Virus record (IMG/VR): IMGVR_UViG_3300037422_000333
Span: 1-60,978 of that record
Source of the DNA: a virus
Taxonomy: Duplodnaviria > Caudoviricetes
Length of the DNA: 60,978 nt
Direction: 5' to 3' (one strand)
Below the pieces are notes generated by a model, which was not told where the DNA came from, ran no database searches, and saw only the letters and a list, made by a program, of their open reading frames with translations. How positions within the stretch are numbered: position 1 is the stretch's first letter; every line of letters begins with the position of its first letter. Position numbers and translations under genes: made by a program. Shown here piece after piece: positions 29,129 through 38,527 of the stretch.

Positions 29129-32100
29129 ATGAATCTGACCGCCGAATTCAACGCCGCCTTTCGATCGCGACTGAGGGAATCGCCCGTGGCCCGCTACCAA
29201 CTGGCTTCGCTGAAAACGCGCATTGCCAATGCCGCTGGTGAAACCGATCTCGATCCGACCGATGAACAAAAGAAGGCGGGCAACTACCGTAAGGGGCGGT
29301 TCTGGATGTGGGGACGCGAATTCGTGATCGAGAATCCGCGCGGTTCGACTCGCAAGGGGACGGCCCCGAACGGCAAGCAGTGGTCGGTGACGATGCCGCA
29401 GCACTACGGCTACATCCGCCGCACGCTCAGCGAGGCGGATAATGATCATCTCGACGTCTTCGTTGGGCCGCACCATCGGTCGCAACTCGTGTTCGTCGTC
29501 GATCAGCAAACGCCCGGTGGCAAGTTCGATGAACACAAGGCACTGGTTGGATTCCAGCACATCAATCAAGCCCGGCAAGCCTACCGTGACGCCTACAACC
29601 ACGGCTGGCAGGGGCTGCGCGACATTACGCCGATGACCGTCCCGCAGTTTCTAGCGTGGGTGGACAAGGGAGACACTGGGAAACCGGTGGCAGGGCAGGT
29701 GTCGAAGTACGGGAAGGAGTACGATCCGAGCCAGCCGCGCGACGAGGAAGGGCGTTGGGCAAATGGAAACGCCATCAAATCGTTTGATGCAATAGTCTCG
29801 ACGCTTTGGTCGTTGCATCAGGTCAACGGGTCCAGTCAGGCGAAGGCGGTAGCCAAAAAGTTCATCAATCAGCCACTACACAACGAAGATTCTGGAATCG
29901 CAGCGACCGTGTCAATCGCATCATTGGGAAAGCTTTTACATCAGTCGTCGTGGCGGAAGTCGGACAATAACATTGCCCACCTTTGGGCAGTGGCAAACCT
30001 TGACAAGTTGTTTCCGGTGGCGCTGCATCGCGAAAGCCGAGAAGATCGCGAGTCAAACTCAGCCATCAATGCGATTCACCATTTTGAGGTCCCGATGCCA
30101 TTCGGGGGTGATGTCTGGCGAGTCAAAATTCTGGCCAAAGAGTTTGTGCAGAAAGATCAGGGAACGAGACTCTACGATTTGTCGGTGGTGGAAGTAATGA
30201 AGCCTGCGTCAAAAGGGGGGAGCCAATCTGATCGAGATCAGGTTCGGTCTCCACACCCGCCCGCAGGCTTCGATGACAGGTTCGCACGTTTCGTCGAAGC
30301 TGTCAAGAATGCAATGCCGGCCCGGAATGCTTATTCGCGGCTGGCAGCGGAATTTAACCGGGCGTTCCGAGAATCGGCAGTTGAGCGCTATGCCGCCGGG
30401 CAGCAACGCGGCTTGTTCGATGAATCGAAACACCCTCGCGAGACGAGGGAGACGGCAGCGGGCGACAAGCGGCCGGGTGAGTTCGCGGCGAAGAACACGC
30501 AACATCCTGTCGCGGCCGCGATCGACGAAGCCTTCTCGCTCAAGCGCGTGTCCGCCACTAAGTTCGCCCCGAAAGATCAAGCTGGGCAGCAGTCGGACTT
30601 GTTCGGCGAAGCAAAACTCACGCATTCTCCGGCCGACGAATTCGTGAAACCGCAGGTGGAAAGTCTGCCGGGACAGAAGTCGTTGCTGAATGAAGCCAAG
30701 TCCACGGGGCACATCGGGTTCCAAGGCGATTTCGAGTATTTCAAAAACGATCGGGGAGAGCTGAATCGAGCCAAGCGAAACGAAGCCGTGATGCCTGACG
30801 GCCGACGCACCGGTCGATGGGAAGCTCCAGCGCATCAGGCGGATCAGCGAGTGAAAATGCTGGGGATTGAGGGGGCGAGTCCGGCAAAGACAGACGAGAC
30901 GCCGTCAAAAAAGTTGTCGATGCGAGAGAAAAAGAAGGCTCAGGAGTGGTCGACGATCTTCCGGATCACGCCAAAGCAGGCGACGGATGCTCTGTCTCGC
31001 GGTATCGAACTGGTCGGCGCGAAGCCACGGGCCGCCGGTTCGGAAACTCACTTGATTGCCCGGAAGGATGGCCGCGAGATCGTGGGCACAATCGACGAAC
31101 TGCTGGGGAGTCGTAAAGACGCATCGCCACCACCGAGCACGACACCAACAACATACCGCTGGCTGGCTCGCGAAATATTCAAGGCGATGGGTGGCGGGAA
31201 CTGGAACGAGCAGCCGTTGCAACACTGGACAGACAAGGCCCGCAGGATCGCGGCCGCCCCGAAAACCGCCGAAGGAATTCACGCGGCCATTGTGAACGAA
31301 CCGTGGATGGCCAAGCAGAAGCCGTCGAAGATTGACGAATTGCAGTACGGGAAGATCATCGAAGCCATGCGGGGCAGACACTTCGTTGACGAACTGCCTG
31401 TTGCTCGCCACGCCCTCTCCGCCGTCTTCAACGCCTGCTTGGTCGAACGCTACGGACAACTCGGCTTCAAGTTCCACGAGGAAGATCATCCGCGCGGTCA
31501 ACCGGAGAATGCGGGCGAGTTCCGAAAGAAGGATTCTCCGGCACCGACCGTAACGACAGCGACTGCCTCAACTCCGGTCGCGACAAAATGGATCGCCAAG
31601 GGAAGCGGCGTGTTCGACGCTGCCACTGGTCAGAGACACGGGCAATTTCGGGACGACGCGACGGCGGGTAAGTTTGCGGCGATGTGGAACGAGCGGGACA
31701 GGCTGAAGGCTATTGAACCTGTCGCCGAGAAGCCGCCGAAACCGGCCTCGGCAGCGGCGTCGTCGCCACCCAAAGTCGCCGAACAATCCATCCCGAAAGA
31801 ACACCCGGTGACCACCGCGATCAACAAGCGCATGATGGAGGATTTCGGCGAAAAGATCGGTGGCGCGAGAAAAGACACGGCCCGCCCGCTCGGTTCTCGT
31901 GGAAAAAAGACTGCGACGGCCGACGAATCGCGTCCCGCTTGGGCACGCCGCTACGAGATCGGCCAGATCGAAAAGAGTAGGAACAAGGCGGAAGAGGGCC
32001 AGTGGGTGATTCGTGACACAAAAGACACGGATGGCTGGGGCCAGCCAAGACAAAAGGGCGGTCTGTTCACGTCGAAAGAAGAAGCCGAAGCGGCGTTGCC

Positions 32101-34669
32101 ACTGATTGCGGTTTCTCGGAACCATCGGGTTCGTGTCATCAGTGGCTCATTGCCGGAAAATAATCGCGAGTTCGGCATTGTTCGCAATATCACCGATCGG
32201 AAAGTCGCAGTCGTCAAAGGTGGATTCCCCACTGAAGAGGATGCCAGACGGTACATGGCCACACATCCCGCCGAAATCATCGAACACAAGTTTCCGCGAT
32301 ACGAGGATTACGCTTACCTCGATCACGTCGAGCGCAAGGGACCGGAACGCAAGCGCGGCAGTGCGAGTCCCGACGATTTTCAAAAGGCATTCCAGTTCCG
32401 CGGTGGCGAGTTCGGCAATTGGAACTCCGGAAAGGATGGCCAGACTTCTCTCGACCACGCCTACGATGCGTTGCACGACCTGTCGGATGCGCTGGGCCTG
32501 CCCGCCAAGGCAATCGCTCTCAACGGCGACCTGGCGATTGCATTCGGGGCGAGGGGAACAGGCGGCAAAGACGCAGCACGGGCACACTACGAATCCGACG
32601 CCCGAGTTATCAACCTGACAAAGATGGCGGGTGCCGGATCACTGGCCCACGAATGGGGCCACGGCCTCGATTGGCATCTCGGCAACGGAATCCCGGCGAT
32701 CAGTTCGGTCCCCCGCGAAAATCCGTTGCGGCCGGAATTGGTAACGGCATCCCAAAATCTTCGCGATGCCATGTTCACGAAGACAACCATCAAGGCACGC
32801 GACGAAGCACAGGAATCGAAGAAGCTGGACCATGCGGCGGAAGACGTCAGAAGTAAAATCGACAGAATCGAAAAGAATCACCAAATGCTGGTCAGCTATC
32901 CGCACAAAAAGCTGGCCAAGCCGTTTACCGATGACCAACAAAAGCAGTGGGACACACTGAAAGCAAAGCTGCTGGCAGGCGATGTGGGCGAGCGTACCTA
33001 TGTCGGTACTTCCGGTCGCGGAATGGGATACCCCACGTTCGAACCGATTGCCGAAATGAACAAGCTCTACAAGTCTGCCACCGGGCGCAGCTTTCACACG
33101 GCTCAGGAACACTCAGAAGGGAACAATCTCTACTGGGCCGTCCAGCGGCTCAAGAGCGCCAATGAGCGTGTTGGATCGGTCTCCAGCGGTGCAACTGACA
33201 CGCTGCGTGGCAAGTCGAATTTTGCCAACGAGGCGATCAAGTTGGACAGCACCCGGACCAGCGATTACTACAGCGAACCGCACGAGATGTTCGCTCGGGC
33301 CTTCGAAGCATACGTGGCCGACAAGCTGGCAGAGAAGGGTATCCGCAGCGACTACCTGGTCAGTCGTGGCAAGACGGACAACGCAAACTACGCGATCATC
33401 GATGCCAAACCGTTTCCCGAAGGCGAAGAGAGAACGAAAATCAATGCGGCATTCGATGCGTTCTTCGCGGCACTGAAGAATGAGCCCCGGCGAGACGACA
33501 AAGGGGAACACGTTCGGCTGTATTCGCTGTCACAGCAGTTCCAGAGAGAATTCGTAGAACGCTACGACCTCGCTCCGCACGTCTTCAAGTCCATCGCTCA
33601 GCAGATTCACGGGACGAAGCCGATCAAGCCGCTGGGCGGACGACTTCACGGCCTGCCGGGCTGGCCGACGCCAAGCGGTGGCAACAGTGGCGGTGGCGGA
33701 ATCCAGTTCGATCCGACCAAGCATCCTCGATCGGTCGCTGGAAGTCCTACGGGCGGTCAATTCACCAGCAAGGTGGGCGGCGGAGCATCCCCTTCCTCGA
33801 CCACTGGCGGATTCAATGTGTCGCCGGAAGTTTTGGAGCGGGCGCGACAGAACGTGTCTCGTCAGACGATCGGCGAGCCGAATCGACGCTGGGCGCCATT
33901 GCCTCCGAAATCCGAGCGGTTGTCGCCGATGCCGGAGTTGCCGGACCAGTTGAAACCGAAGGTGGCTCCGAAGCATCAGCATCAGCATTCGCTGAAACCG
34001 AAGCCTCTCGGCAAACGGGAACAGTCGCTCCACGATGTCGCTCGCGCTGCCGCCGAGCATTACGACGTGCCCGTGGAACACGTCTTGTCCATGATCGACG
34101 AAGTTCACAAGACGCATCGCGAGCACGCGGAGCGTCGCGAAGCATTCAAGGCCGAGGCGCGACGCAGGCTGGGCGTGAATTCAAGAATCCTGGAACGAAC
34201 GAAGGAAGACACGGCGGCTGTCCGTGGCATTGACACGGCGGCCAGAGAGATGGGCGGCAGCCGTGATACCAGTGACTTCTACGGCGGGCTGGGCGAGTGG
34301 AACGACATCTTGACTGGTGATCCGGACACCTTCCCGCAGCAGATCCACGAGTTGGTCAGAGAAGGAAAACGGCGGTTGCCGCTCAGGCACGATCCCGAGA
34401 TCGTGGACGAAGCGGCCCGGCGCGTCTTCGATTCGATGCCTGCTCATCACCGGTTGCGGATGTCGCTGAATCACGCAATGAGCGGGGCCGCGTCGCCCGC
34501 TTTATCATCGCCCGTCGATCGCGAACCGGGCGACGAAAGTGATTCATCGTTCGACTTCGGAGCAAATCCAGGAGCCGCAACCGCAGTCGATGAAGCCCGA
34601 CTCAATGAGCCGTTTTCGCTGCGGCACCGGCTCGACCACGAGTTTTACAGACGGATGATTTCGGCCTAG
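29129..34669 (+). CDS. large polyvalent protein (InPase-like, LPD3-like, zincin HExxH, LPD1-like domains)
   Basis: QKKAGNYRKG...IENPRGS...HYGYI...DHLDVF...FDEHK (InPase-like); ~29800-30200 LPD3-like; DFGEKIGGARKD, GAGSLAHEWGH; HEMFARAFEAYV...PEGEER (LPD1-like). Confidence 0.85.
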   Translation: MNLTAEFNAAFRSRLRESPVARYQLASLKTRIANAAGETDLDPTDEQKKAGNYRKGRFWMWGREFVIENPRGSTRKGTAPNGKQWSVTMPQHYGYIRRTLSEADNDHLDVFVGPHHRSQLVFVVDQQTPGGKFDEHKALVGFQHINQARQAYRDAYNHGWQGLRDITPMTVPQFLAWVDKGDTGKPVAGQVSKYGKEYDPSQPRDEEGRWANGNAIKSFDAIVSTLWSLHQVNGSSQAKAVAKKFINQPLHNEDSGIAATVSIASLGKLLHQSSWRKSDNNIAHLWAVANLDKLFPVALHRESREDRESNSAINAIHHFEVPMPFGGDVWRVKILAKEFVQKDQGTRLYDLSVVEVMKPASKGGSQSDRDQVRSPHPPAGFDDRFARFVEAVKNAMPARNAYSRLAAEFNRAFRESAVERYAAGQQRGLFDESKHPRETRETAAGDKRPGEFAAKNTQHPVAAAIDEAFSLKRVSATKFAPKDQAGQQSDLFGEAKLTHSPADEFVKPQVESLPGQKSLLNEAKSTGHIGFQGDFEYFKNDRGELNRAKRNEAVMPDGRRTGRWEAPAHQADQRVKMLGIEGASPAKTDETPSKKLSMREKKKAQEWSTIFRITPKQATDALSRGIELVGAKPRAAGSETHLIARKDGREIVGTIDELLGSRKDASPPPSTTPTTYRWLAREIFKAMGGGNWNEQPLQHWTDKARRIAAAPKTAEGIHAAIVNEPWMAKQKPSKIDELQYGKIIEAMRGRHFVDELPVARHALSAVFNACLVERYGQLGFKFHEEDHPRGQPENAGEFRKKDSPAPTVTTATASTPVATKWIAKGSGVFDAATGQRHGQFRDDATAGKFAAMWNERDRLKAIEPVAEKPPKPASAAASSPPKVAEQSIPKEHPVTTAINKRMMEDFGEKIGGARKDTARPLGSRGKKTATADESRPAWARRYEIGQIEKSRNKAEEGQWVIRDTKDTDGWGQPRQKGGLFTSKEEAEAALPLIAVSRNHRVRVISGSLPENNREFGIVRNITDRKVAVVKGGFPTEEDARRYMATHPAEIIEHKFPRYEDYAYLDHVERKGPERKRGSASPDDFQKAFQFRGGEFGNWNSGKDGQTSLDHAYDALHDLSDALGLPAKAIALNGDLAIAFGARGTGGKDAARAHYESDARVINLTKMAGAGSLAHEWGHGLDWHLGNGIPAISSVPRENPLRPELVTASQNLRDAMFTKTTIKARDEAQESKKLDHAAEDVRSKIDRIEKNHQMLVSYPHKKLAKPFTDDQQKQWDTLKAKLLAGDVGERTYVGTSGRGMGYPTFEPIAEMNKLYKSATGRSFHTAQEHSEGNNLYWAVQRLKSANERVGSVSSGATDTLRGKSNFANEAIKLDSTRTSDYYSEPHEMFARAFEAYVADKLAEKGIRSDYLVSRGKTDNANYAIIDAKPFPEGEERTKINAAFDAFFAALKNEPRRDDKGEHVRLYSLSQQFQREFVERYDLAPHVFKSIAQQIHGTKPIKPLGGRLHGLPGWPTPSGGNSGGGGIQFDPTKHPRSVAGSPTGGQFTSKVGGGASPSSTTGGFNVSPEVLERARQNVSRQTIGEPNRRWAPLPPKSERLSPMPELPDQLKPKVAPKHQHQHSLKPKPLGKREQSLHDVARAAAEHYDVPVEHVLSMIDEVHKTHREHAERREAFKAEARRRLGVNSRILERTKEDTAAVRGIDTAAREMGGSRDTSDFYGGLGEWNDILTGDPDTFPQQIHELVREGKRRLPLRHDPEIVDEAARRVFDSMPAHHRLRMSLNHAMSGAASPALSSPVDREPGDESDSSFDFGANPGAATAVDEARLNEPFSLRHRLDHEFYRRMISA

Positions 34670-34693
34670 CAGTCGAACAGGGGGCATTCGGAC

Positions 34694-34723
34694 TTGACCA
34701 TAACCGCCAAGCCGCACAATAAT
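34694..34723 (+). promoter_or_regulatory. putative sigma70-type promoter
   Basis: TTGACC-18 nt-AATAAT immediately after the polyvalent gene. Confidence 0.4.
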
Positions 34724-34765
34724 CACGCCGCACGTTCGCAGTCGCGAACCGACGTGAACCGTGAA

Positions 34766-34927
34766 ATGAGTCTCGAAGCCCAACGGGCCTTGTCCGATCG
34801 ACTTCGGGAAGTTTTGGCCCAACCGTGCTGGTGGGGCAAGATTCATCTCACGGTGAGCGTCGAAGACAGCGAAATCAAACTGATCGAGGAAGGGTGCTGC
34901 CGCACCCGCAGAAGGCAAGCCATGTAG
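34766..34927 (+). CDS. small YezD/DUF2292-like protein
   Basis: WWGKIHLTVSVEDSEIKLIE pattern; start could be upstream. Confidence 0.55.
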   Translation: MSLEAQRALSDRLREVLAQPCWWGKIHLTVSVEDSEIKLIEEGCCRTRRRQAM

Positions 34928-34965
34928 TTTCCAGTCCGCTCACGATCCGTCGGGTATTGAGCACC

Positions 34966-35013
34966 AAGCCCGCGTCTGGCCTTTCGAGGCCGGTCGCGGG
35001 CTTTTTTGTTTTT
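34966..35013 (+). terminator. intrinsic terminator
   Basis: AAGCCCGCGTCTGGCCT-TTCG-AGGCCGGTCGCGGGCTT followed by TTTTGTTTTT. Confidence 0.85.
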
Positions 35014-35036
35014 CGGCCAGCGATTTTCTCAATCGA

Positions 35037-35363
35037 ATGTCAGCCTTCAATCCAGCCCAGTTCTCGGAAGCGAAGATCGATGCCGCCACGAATGGCGACA
35101 ACTCGATTATCGCGGCGGTCGCGGCCAAGAAACATCGCATTCATCGCCTCGTGCTGACTGTGGCCACGACGACAACGATCACGTTCAAGGATGGAAGCAC
35201 GGCCTTGACAGGAGCGGTGACGCTGGCCGCCGGAACTCCACTGATTCTCGACGCCACGGAATCCGAGTGGCCGCTGTTTTCACTTTCGGCCAATTCGGCG
35301 TTCGTCATCAATCTCGGCGGGGCCGTGCAGTGCTCCGGCCGAGCATACTACACGACTGACTGA
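35037..35363 (+). CDS. putative head-associated structural protein
   Basis: 108-aa beta-rich ORF at the start of the head operon. Confidence 0.6.
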   Translation: MSAFNPAQFSEAKIDAATNGDNSIIAAVAAKKHRIHRLVLTVATTTTITFKDGSTALTGAVTLAAGTPLILDATESEWPLFSLSANSAFVINLGGAVQCSGRAYYTTD

Positions 35364-35368
35364 TTACC

Positions 35369-36856
35369 ATGCTCATTCCCGAACCGCTCGCCACCGAATC
35401 GCAAAGCGACTACCTCGCCCGCGGTCATTCTGCGCTGGCGAACGAGTATCCCGACACGGATCAGCGAAACGCGATCCTGTTCGATACATGGCGCAAGCAT
35501 CGGGGCGAAGGGGAACTCGAGAAGAAAGCCTTCTCGAAATTCGGCGACGACCGGTTTGTCTTGGTTCGTGATGTGCCTGTGTTTGCCGAACACGAAATCT
35601 CCGGCCGGGACGGCAAGCCGTCGAAGTACGACCGGGCCGCCCTGCAAGCCGTTTGCGACCGCTGCAATCATCGGATTGCCGATACGGGAGATTTCGCAGC
35701 TATCACCAACGGACACACGCCGACCGATGAACAACGGGCGGCCGGCGCCGCGATGCCGGACGTGATCGGATTCTCTGGTCCGTTCCGGCTGGGCATGATC
35801 GGCAACAAGACTCCCCGTTGGGCCATCTTCGCGGACGAACATCACTTCAAGGATCGGTACGACAACACGCGACGTCTGCCGCGGCGATCGCCGGAAGTCT
35901 GGCTTGAAGAGCGGATGGAAAATCGCTTCATCGACCCGATTGCGGCCCTCGGTGCCGAAACGCCGCGGCTCGACATGGGGTTGCGGTTCGCCCGCACCGC
36001 CGATGGCCGATCGGTCGAAAAGTACGCCGCCGCGTGTGCTCCCGGCGGAGCATCAGTCGTAATGCCCGCGCCGGTTTCGGTGTCTTCTCCAAAAGTCAAA
36101 CCGGAAGACAAGCTGGAAGCAGAGCGCTACAGAGAACATTCAGCAGCCGCTACGCCGGACGAATCCGGCGCTCCCCAAAATCCACAGGAGAATCCTCTCA
36201 TGCTGTCCCCGGAAGATGTCAAGCAAATCGTGGATGCCGTGATGGAAACGGAACCGATGCAGTGGGTCCGACAGCAAATGCTGTCCGATACCGCACCGGC
36301 CGCCGGAGATGCCACGGATGGCGCCGCATTGGCTTCCGAGCCTTCGCCAGCTCCGATCGCAGCCCCGAACCCGGCTCCGGGTGTATCCTCGCCCCCGTCC
36401 GACGACAAGGACAAGGACGCCTACGCACTTGCCACCGAGAAGGCCAAGTATGCGAATCTCGAAGCCGAATACGTCGCACTCAGGACTCAATTCGACGCCG
36501 AGCGCGGCGAGCGACGCAAGGCGGAACGCTACTCGAAACTCCAAGAGTTGCGGACCACGTTCGCGTTCGAGATGGACAAAGAAGTGGCTCGCTGTGTGCC
36601 GATGAGCGACGAACAGTTCGTGGCCCACCTGGGAGTCATCACCGAGAACTATCAGCGCATTCCGGTCGGCGCTTCGATTTACGTTCCTCCGCTGGACAAG
36701 CCGGAGCCGCCAAAGACGGAAAAGTACAGTCGTGACGTGTGCGAGAAGGCGGTCAAGATCGCAGACGACCTGCGCAAGTCGGGAGCCAAAGAGATCGTGT
36801 GGGACGACTGCCTGAAGCGGGCGTCCGAATCCATGCCGAAAGCTGTCGCTGGCTGA
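35369..36856 (+). CDS. prohead protease / scaffolding protein (Mu gpI-like)
   Basis: VPVFAEH, ITNGHT, RRSPEVW, PIAALGAETP protease-like half; Pro-rich and coiled-coil scaffold half. Confidence 0.78.
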   Translation: MLIPEPLATESQSDYLARGHSALANEYPDTDQRNAILFDTWRKHRGEGELEKKAFSKFGDDRFVLVRDVPVFAEHEISGRDGKPSKYDRAALQAVCDRCNHRIADTGDFAAITNGHTPTDEQRAAGAAMPDVIGFSGPFRLGMIGNKTPRWAIFADEHHFKDRYDNTRRLPRRSPEVWLEERMENRFIDPIAALGAETPRLDMGLRFARTADGRSVEKYAAACAPGGASVVMPAPVSVSSPKVKPEDKLEAERYREHSAAATPDESGAPQNPQENPLMLSPEDVKQIVDAVMETEPMQWVRQQMLSDTAPAAGDATDGAALASEPSPAPIAAPNPAPGVSSPPSDDKDKDAYALATEKAKYANLEAEYVALRTQFDAERGERRKAERYSKLQELRTTFAFEMDKEVARCVPMSDEQFVAHLGVITENYQRIPVGASIYVPPLDKPEPPKTEKYSRDVCEKAVKIADDLRKSGAKEIVWDDCLKRASESMPKAVAG

Positions 36857-36909
36857 CCGGGCACGCGGCGGAAACCTGTTTTGAGCGTCAATCCCATTAG
36901 GAGCAAACC

Positions 36910-37326
36910 ATGCCCAACCCCAACTACGTCGCCACGGGAAACATCTCTCCGTCGCGATTTGTCAAGGTGGATGCCACGGCCGACAACAGCGTCGTGCAAG
37001 CCGATGCCAATGCGACCATTCTGGGCATCGCCTCGGAAGCCGGTCGCGAACCGCCGCTGCCCAGCGTCTCCACGATCTACGCTGCGCAGTCCGGAGACAA
37101 CATCCACGTCTACGGCGAAAGCGAAGTTTGTCTGCTCGAATTGGGCGGCACCGTGGCCGCCGGTGACTTTCTGAAATCGGATGCCAACGGCAAGGGCGTC
37201 GTGATTGCCACCACTGGCACGACGGCCCAGGAAATCGGGGCCAAGGCCCTGACGGCTGGTGCGTCCGGCGAGTTCATTCGCGTGCAAGTGGTCCGTCAGA
37301 CCAAAACGTATCCGGCGTTGTCGTAA
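36910..37326 (+). CDS. capsid cement/decoration protein (DUF2190-like)
   Basis: GGTVAAGDFLKSDANGKG...IGAKALTAG..GEFIRV; located between scaffold and MCP. Confidence 0.82.
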   Translation: MPNPNYVATGNISPSRFVKVDATADNSVVQADANATILGIASEAGREPPLPSVSTIYAAQSGDNIHVYGESEVCLLELGGTVAAGDFLKSDANGKGVVIATTGTTAQEIGAKALTAGASGEFIRVQVVRQTKTYPALS

Positions 37327-37472
37327 ACCACAGGAGACAGTCGAGGTTTCAAAACACAACCGGGCGGCTCGCGTCAACGAGTCGCCCGGCCAACCAACAG
37401 TCGGCGTTGCCGCCTCCTGCCAGTCTCACACCAGCAGTGTAGCGGGACGCCCCAGCCGAGGGGAGTCGATCC

Positions 37473-38519
37473 ATGCCCGCTACGTTTCCAGGTGGCCAGA
37501 ACACCTTCGTCCCGAACCACGAAGCTTCCGGCAAGCTCGTCGTCGATTTCAGCCGGAATCCCAAAAAGTTCGATCTGAACAAGTACATTCAGGTCGTACC
37601 GACCAAGCAGACGATCGGCTACTACCTCGAAGTCACCGTCGAGGAAGCGGGCCGGATCATCAACACCAACCTCTCCGACTTCGCCTGGCCGGACGGTGGC
37701 GATCGGCCGGTGGGCACGGATGGCACGGAGTCCTTTGTCTGGAAGGCGTTTCGCTGCGAACGTCGGGCCTACAATGCCCGGTTGGGCGATCAGGCCATCG
37801 GCCAGGCGGATTGGGACGTGCTCAATCAGCACGCCGCGATCAAGGCCCAACAGGCGATGACGGCCCGCACCCAAAAAGCGATCACGGCCCTGACCACGGC
37901 CGGCAACTACGCCTCGACGCACACGTCGGCGGTGGCGTCGATTTCCGGCAATACCGGAAACTGGTCGGCCTCCACCACGGCCCGACAGGATGTCAAGCGG
38001 TCGCTCAACTCGGCTGCCGACCTGATCCTGAAGGACACGCTGGCCGCGGTCGATGTCAACGATTTGATCCTCGTGATGTCGCCGACCTGCGCCCGCAAAG
38101 TCAGCGAATGTCAGGAAATCGTGGACCACATCAAGGGGTCGCCGGAAGCGTTGGCGCAAATTCGCGGCGAACTGCCGGGCGAGAACGCCATCTTCGGCTT
38201 GCCCAACAAGCTCTACGGCTTCACGGTCGTCGTGGAGAAGTGTGCCAAGGTGACCTCCAAGAAGGGGGCCACCAAGGCGGTCAGCTACGTGCTCACCGAT
38301 ACCACGCCGTTCATGTGTGCCAGGCCGGGCGGGCTGGTGGGTGTCGCCGGTGCTCCGTCGTTCTCTACCTGCACCGTGTTCGTCTACGAGAAAGACGAGA
38401 TGTCCGTCGAAACGCTCGACGATCGCGTCAACCGCCGGCAACTCATCTCGGTTGTGGACAACTTCGACACCGTGATGACGGCCCCCGTGAGCGGTTTCCT
38501 GTTCACGTCCGCCGTGTAA
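37473..38519 (+). CDS. major capsid protein
   Basis: 348 aa, position, GGGGAG SD, GLPNKLYGFTVVV P-domain-like segment. Confidence 0.82.
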   Translation: MPATFPGGQNTFVPNHEASGKLVVDFSRNPKKFDLNKYIQVVPTKQTIGYYLEVTVEEAGRIINTNLSDFAWPDGGDRPVGTDGTESFVWKAFRCERRAYNARLGDQAIGQADWDVLNQHAAIKAQQAMTARTQKAITALTTAGNYASTHTSAVASISGNTGNWSASTTARQDVKRSLNSAADLILKDTLAAVDVNDLILVMSPTCARKVSECQEIVDHIKGSPEALAQIRGELPGENAIFGLPNKLYGFTVVVEKCAKVTSKKGATKAVSYVLTDTTPFMCARPGGLVGVAGAPSFSTCTVFVYEKDEMSVETLDDRVNRRQLISVVDNFDTVMTAPVSGFLFTSAV

Positions 38520-38527
38520 TCCAACCC

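Noticed and set aside
37259-38527. 587-aa ORF apparently fusing upstream sequence to the gp36-like gene
   Set aside because: The upstream part overlaps the capsid gene in another frame and is Arg-rich nonsense; the likely start is ATG 38528.
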